A stretch of 29,284 bases of DNA from Bdellovibrionales bacterium (lineage in GTDB: Bacteria > Bdellovibrionota > UBA1018 > CAIMNF01), in contig JBEIJY010000030.1 in assembly GCA_040380025.1 (NCBI GenBank), forward strand, positions 1 through 29,284, written 5' to 3'. Position 1 is the stretch's first letter. Each line of letters opens with the position of its first letter. The translations under genes and the position numbers were made by a program. This document shows positions 26,701 through 29,284 of this stretch, in pieces. The notes under the pieces are model-generated. The model saw only the letters and a list, made by a program, of their open reading frames with translations, had not been told where the DNA came from and made no database searches.

Positions 26701-28941
26701 GCCATCGGCATTGGTGGAGGTGACAAAGGTGACGGTGGGAGCGGTGGCATCTTTGCCGACGCTCACGGATTGCTGGCTAGAGGTGTTGCCCCAGGCGTCT
26801 TGGTGGGTGGCGGTGAAGGAGACCGACCCGTCGCCAAGGGAGCTCAGGTTGATGGAGCCAGAGTAATTGGGGTTTGAGGCCGTATTACACGAGGCGGTCG
26901 CAGTGGCGGTTTGAGCATTCCGGGTGGCGGTGAGGGATACGGAGCCGTTGTTGCCCGAACAAGAACCCGAGAAGGGGAAGGCCGAGACGTTCGAGGCGTT
27001 AATCGTGGAGAGAGCGGTGGGACTCGCGATCGCCATGGTGGGCAGGGCCACAGAGATCGCGTCACTTGTGCCGGTGGAGCCTTGTGCGGAGGCGGTGATC
27101 GTCCAACTGCCGGAACGGAAGAGGGTGAAGGGGCAGGATTTGGAGCCTTGGTCGCCTGCGGTGAAGGTGCAGTTTGCGGCAGTGGGAGCGGTCGATCCTG
27201 CGCCTGCCGCCGGTGTACCAGACACCGAGAAGCTCACGGCACCGGTGAAATTTTTTACGATTTTGTTGTCGGAGGTGTAAGCCGTCACGGTCACCGAGAA
27301 AGGCATGCCTGCCGCCTGGGTGGTGTAGCTCACCGCGGGGGCGACTGGAGTGAACACAAAATGGTCGAGCACGGCGTTGTCGATGATCGTGATCGAGGCA
27401 GACGAGGTGACGTTGCTTCCTGAGATCGATACCCGCATGAGGTCGACGCCGGCCTGGGTCGCCGTGAAGCTTGCGGTGTACACCCCGTTCCCTTGGGCTG
27501 TGGTGGCACCGAAGGTCCCGAGTCCTCCGCTCGATACCTGAAAAAACTGGATGCCTCCGATGGCGGGGAGCCCTGTCGGGTTCGGGTTGTCGTACGCATC
27601 GTAGGTCGTAAGGGTGACTGTGACCGTCTCTCCGACCTCCATGGTTGCGGGAGCGGACAGGATCGAGCGGGTGAGCGAGTATGGTCCCGGAGTCACGACG
27701 ACCGAGCCCTGAACACTCAGTGTTGCGTTGGCGGCGGTCACGGTCACCGATCCCGCCGTGAACAGGGTCATGGTCACGGTTGCGGTTCCGCTGGTAATGT
27801 TCACCGAGCCGGTGCCGGTGGCCCGTGCATCGGTGGTCGAGAGCGTGATCGCGCCCGAAAACCCGGTTGCCACCCGGCCTTTTGAGTTCAGGGCTTGGAT
27901 CGTAAGGCTGAAAGGAACCCCCGCCACAATCGTGGTCGGAAGATTCGTGTACACAAAGCGTGATGGGGTGGTGGTATCGAGAGTGTTCTCGTATTGAGCT
28001 TTGGCTTTAGCGTAAATCGCTTCGAGCTGCCCGTAGGTGGCGAAGGCCGTGGTCATGAGTTGCCGCGTCGAGGTCACCGTTCGTTGAGCGCTGGCAAGAG
28101 CGGTTTGCGTGCTTGCCAAAGACGTGTTCGCGCTCGTTCGGGCGCTTGTGGCTGTGGTGAGGGCGGTATTTGCCGAGGTGAGTGCCGCTTGTTTTGTAGC
28201 CAGATTGGCATTCGCGGTTTGAAGCGCGACATTCGCCGAGTTCAGATTGTTGGTCGCCGTGGCCAAGGTTTGGGTCGCCTTGGACTGGGCAGAAACGGCG
28301 GCGTTGTAATTTGCGTTCGCGGTGTTCACCGCCGAGGTGGCTTGGGCCAAGGCTTGATCGGCGGCCCGCAGATTCGATTGAGCTGTGGAATTCGCTGCGA
28401 TCAGTGTTTTGTTAGTCGGATTCGCCGCAAGAGCGGCCGCGGCGGAGTCAGCGGCGGCCTTGGCGGAGTTTCGAGCGGTCTGCCGGGTAGCCAGAGTCGA
28501 ATTCGCGGTGGTCCGGGCGGCAGTGGCATTCGTGAGGTTCGTGTTGGCGGTGTTCAGAGCAGTTTGTGCGGTTTGACGCGTTGTGGTTGCGGTCGCGACC
28601 GTTCTGGTCGCATTCGTCACGCCGGTGGTGGCGGTAGTCACCTCGGCACGGGCGGTTTGTTGATTCTTCACTGCGTTCGAGTAGGCGGTTTCAGCCGATG
28701 AAGCCGCTTGCCTTCGGGTTGCCAGTTCGCCGGTCAGGGTGCTTACCGAGCTGACCGCTGAATTGTGATTCGAAAGCCGGGTTTGGTAGGTCGCCTCAGC
28801 CGCATCCCGATTCGCCTTCGCGGTCATCATCGTCGAATAGAGCTGAGCCAATGTGGCCGAGAGCGCAGGGAGCGCCATGAGGGCCACGGCTCCCGCAAAT
28901 ATCGATCTCAATGCCATTCCACGTACGTTCCGCATTCTCAT
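20764..28941 (-). CDS. Giant secreted surface/adhesin-like protein (signal peptide, coiled-coil hairpin, Ig-like and Calx-beta-like domains, GLUG-type repeats)
   Basis: 2725 aa; AGGA SD; signal peptide ending ALSA; Ala/Thr/Asn heptads; beta-rich repeats (DTTAPT, ITVNFSE); Calx-beta-like (TVNENSG, GTATNGTDY, LYFAPGE); GGGAGTAAFPYLI followed by many GG(I/L/V)(I/V)G repeats; ends WDFTNTW..GYPIFR. Confidence 0.88.
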   Translation of the reverse strand: MRMRNVRGMALRSIFAGAVALMALPALSATLAQLYSTMMTAKANRDAAEATYQTRLSNHNSAVSSVSTLTGELATRRQAASSAETAYSNAVKNQQTARAEVTTATTGVTNATRTVATATTTRQTAQTALNTANTNLTNATAARTTANSTLATRQTARNSAKAAADSAAAALAANPTNKTLIAANSTAQSNLRAADQALAQATSAVNTANANYNAAVSAQSKATQTLATATNNLNSANVALQTANANLATKQAALTSANTALTTATSARTSANTSLASTQTALASAQRTVTSTRQLMTTAFATYGQLEAIYAKAKAQYENTLDTTTPSRFVYTNLPTTIVAGVPFSLTIQALNSKGRVATGFSGAITLSTTDARATGTGSVNITSGTATVTMTLFTAGSVTVTAANATLSVQGSVVVTPGPYSLTRSILSAPATMEVGETVTVTLTTYDAYDNPNPTGLPAIGGIQFFQVSSGGLGTFGATTAQGNGVYTASFTATQAGVDLMRVSISGSNVTSSASITIIDNAVLDHFVFTPVAPAVSYTTQAAGMPFSVTVTAYTSDNKIVKNFTGAVSFSVSGTPAAGAGSTAPTAANCTFTAGDQGSKSCPFTLFRSGSWTITASAQGSTGTSDAISVALPTMAIASPTALSTINASNVSAFPFSGSCSGNNGSVSLTATRNAQTATATASCNTASNPNYSGSINLSSLGDGSVSFTATHQDAWGNTSSQQSVSVGKDATAPTVTFVTSTNADGTYGVGDAITIVVNFSESITVTGTPTLQLATAGTVNQIVNCSTLSSTSISCLYTVAAGDTSADLNYLATNSLSLAAATITDSYSNALNATLPALNSADSLGQRKNIVIKTTGASVVAISAIRGYYSAGQTVDITITFSDPVVVTGTPGSTTNNPRLALTFDPTVATPAHDASAYYWSGSNSTQLIFRYTVAPGDTSLITKGLDIQSVNALTLNGGTIKDTSNSAASLLLPVSPGASGSLSFGTPKIVIDTTAPTIAITSPTGTLTVQAPSTNFSASFTVMGSCSDSVGGSGVETQTVYLRLNGSIVSSTTCTSGAFSGTIDTTILKAGAHTLTATVIDLAGNSGTSASATLNRFMRINLSREFYTYREDGTAVGTGVTLTSDVAPLANTTLTYTTRAVTANLIGTNFTAQTGASFTWPADSTSVILSGTSNFSIVSNATLHGDVYFTITLPTPSAATFAVLGTGVTTAEVNVLDSAVAGNYLFGHSLYTVNENSGTNTITVQRSGNLTKYTYVSVQFMDGDKVSISKAINAALANIDISNGTATNGTDYTGSNTILYFAPGEVEKTFSFNVPGYLSQSRAFWVKLNTPYDCGADATYTTCSRDTPGVRAQSIAKVRILRDESKNFNGGSPIALSTCSNNSAVACACNPSGSYSGYGGGAGTAAFPYLICSTAHLASIPATTGLFFKQTADLDISSFAGIASLLSSYDGAERTLTNGTSTFIGSALSPTSGASVTYVRSLNVIYSRVITASTTPSGVIGNSLSTTTPARVTPEIHNVLFSGAVHNTGTSQQTGLVVSNFTAATLNQQGGELNNILTMGLLYSPTAATSFGAIVGNAKFSVANADAGMSKLLNGASVVAGNSTGVNYVGTVGQLDMDIGYRIDGADNRGLITNQVAITNDVRMGGVVGYVNHATAGTGAIVNSTNYGTLDMNSSSQTNGYVGGIAGQVNINIAGSHIMDNVENHGPVRARQNVGGIVGQIYTRPINGINMTLTNTKNYGTITQYVGPGAGGIIGSAYVYSPTGTFTINGAVNADGSSVAGCNADGTNCGCRNEGAVIHAVNSGVSAHGGIIGMVFNNAGWSNIAFVLRACSNSGNITTNSDYAGGIIGWMNYGATLGGHTLTVSRLTSTGTITGGGQSTGGIFGHYSVLAGVSGSNNIVSFDALKNQGGVTGSGSNVGGVFGNLNLPGTFTTSTSMQNMTNSGQVAGTGTPAGGILGRVLNGSPATFTNISNSGAVSGSTPGGLIGITAGTNTVSIAGTNSNSGAITGTGDTGGALGSGTGSGSFSIDGFTNSGAVSTSGATSNAGGVIGRITLGAASLSLTVSNSKNSGTVTGGGSAGGMVGLITPGATATVRFRTISNLSTGTISSSGHSGGLLGTTTTAATGTLNFSNITNHASVTGVQTAGGFIGYQNSSPTFFMDDGTNLGDTGNNPDGGAKACLNDGAIAANSSNGAGNPILGAGGLIGMWFASGVPSGSTATIRECVNSGAVTAGALANPLYGVVAGTTRIGGIGGIIGGYLTHIPTGTTTYALTLMKPRNNGAISGVIVNATSGSYTVLPRAGVGGIIGAVPQHSGAPTGTTSVTLTGAQSSSSGSVCAGVLSGGTCTPYGGNAGGLIGLYSTQVLMNLTVQSSNGLSGASAAACASPGTRTCTIDSIAASPVVANSFAGGAFGQYSHASQNVNSITDTVATGAVTTANCNNTLATLTQRCTASSNAGGFFGGYSLSATVTGISSTLQRLLATGAVSCSNASSTDCSRVGGFAGSFQILSSPATNTMARLGATGNVTGGRAAGSAAASAFLGGLFGYYQGVNAATRTLTDVFAQGNVTTASANDQYIGGLIGSINTGTVAVVRSYYSGTLSGGDQTTWGGLIGKTNNNGTANFNSTFSGSSNSDSYFAFVSGGQNGGTVNGGQTYNPIPTSITANRSGIAPGRSVSDLKSQSFFTTQGANTTQWDFTNTWIMDTAAGSGAGSIGSNSGYPIFR

Positions 28942-29114
28942 TGACTGTTTTCCTATTCGGAAACAATTCCAGACATATTTAGTCTATTTACAGTATTCCA
29001 TAAAAGTTCATTGTAATGCAGTGCGAAATGTTTTCTGGAGGGTCGTTTTAAAAGACCTGGGCACGTGTCCGGATCGACGCACTTGACAGGGGAAAAATAC
29101 GCAAACTGCCCCCT

Positions 29115-29283
29115 TTGAGTGTGCTCGATGAAGCGGTATGGGGAGAGGGCGGGGGAATGATTTGGTTTTTGCCTCCGAGCCGGGTCCTCCGGCCTCGCTC
29201 TCGCCATCCTGGCTCGCGAGAGTCGGCAAAAACCAAATCATTCCCCCGCCCTCTCCCCATACCGCTTCATCGAGCACACTCAA
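29115..29283. repeat. Perfect 59-bp inverted repeat with 51-bp spacer
   Basis: 29115-29173 is the exact reverse complement of 29225-29283. Confidence 0.95.
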
Positions 29284-29284
29284 G

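Noticed and set aside
29083..29112. TTGACA -35 box on the plus strand
   Set aside because: No -10 element at a suitable spacing.
1..29284. CRISPR arrays, tRNA/rRNA genes, transposases/integrases, parS site near smc
   Set aside because: None recognised by eye; a tRNAscan/Infernal/motif scan would be needed to exclude them formally.

Overview
Bacterial chromosomal fragment, moderately GC-rich, most consistent with Bdellovibrionota (inferred from a Bd0055/HBb-like histone fold, short 277-aa flagellins and a giant GLUG/Ig surface protein). In order: a 5'-nucleotidase running off the left edge, a GAF-GAF-GGDEF diguanylate cyclase, a ZZ-zinc-finger/histone fusion, an OsmC-family gene, an ArnT-like/GT2 glycosyltransferase pair, smc-lolA, two flagellins, an atypical (Asp->Glu) OmpR-type regulator, trmL, asnS, pepA, wcaJ-like/lptF and a 2725-aa secreted adhesin-like protein. 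The window ends in a perfect 59-bp inverted repeat. The most interesting unannotated signals: (1) a sigma54-promoted, intrinsically terminated ~85-nt RNA with two C-rich loops just upstream of the histone gene; (2) the histone gene looks leaderless and has an internal SD+ATG that could yield a histone-only isoform, and that SD is complementary to one sRNA loop; (3) a ~350-nt terminated, structured transcript upstream of smc with a 27-aa ORF ending LAGPPR. All of these are read by eye and need computational or experimental confirmation.
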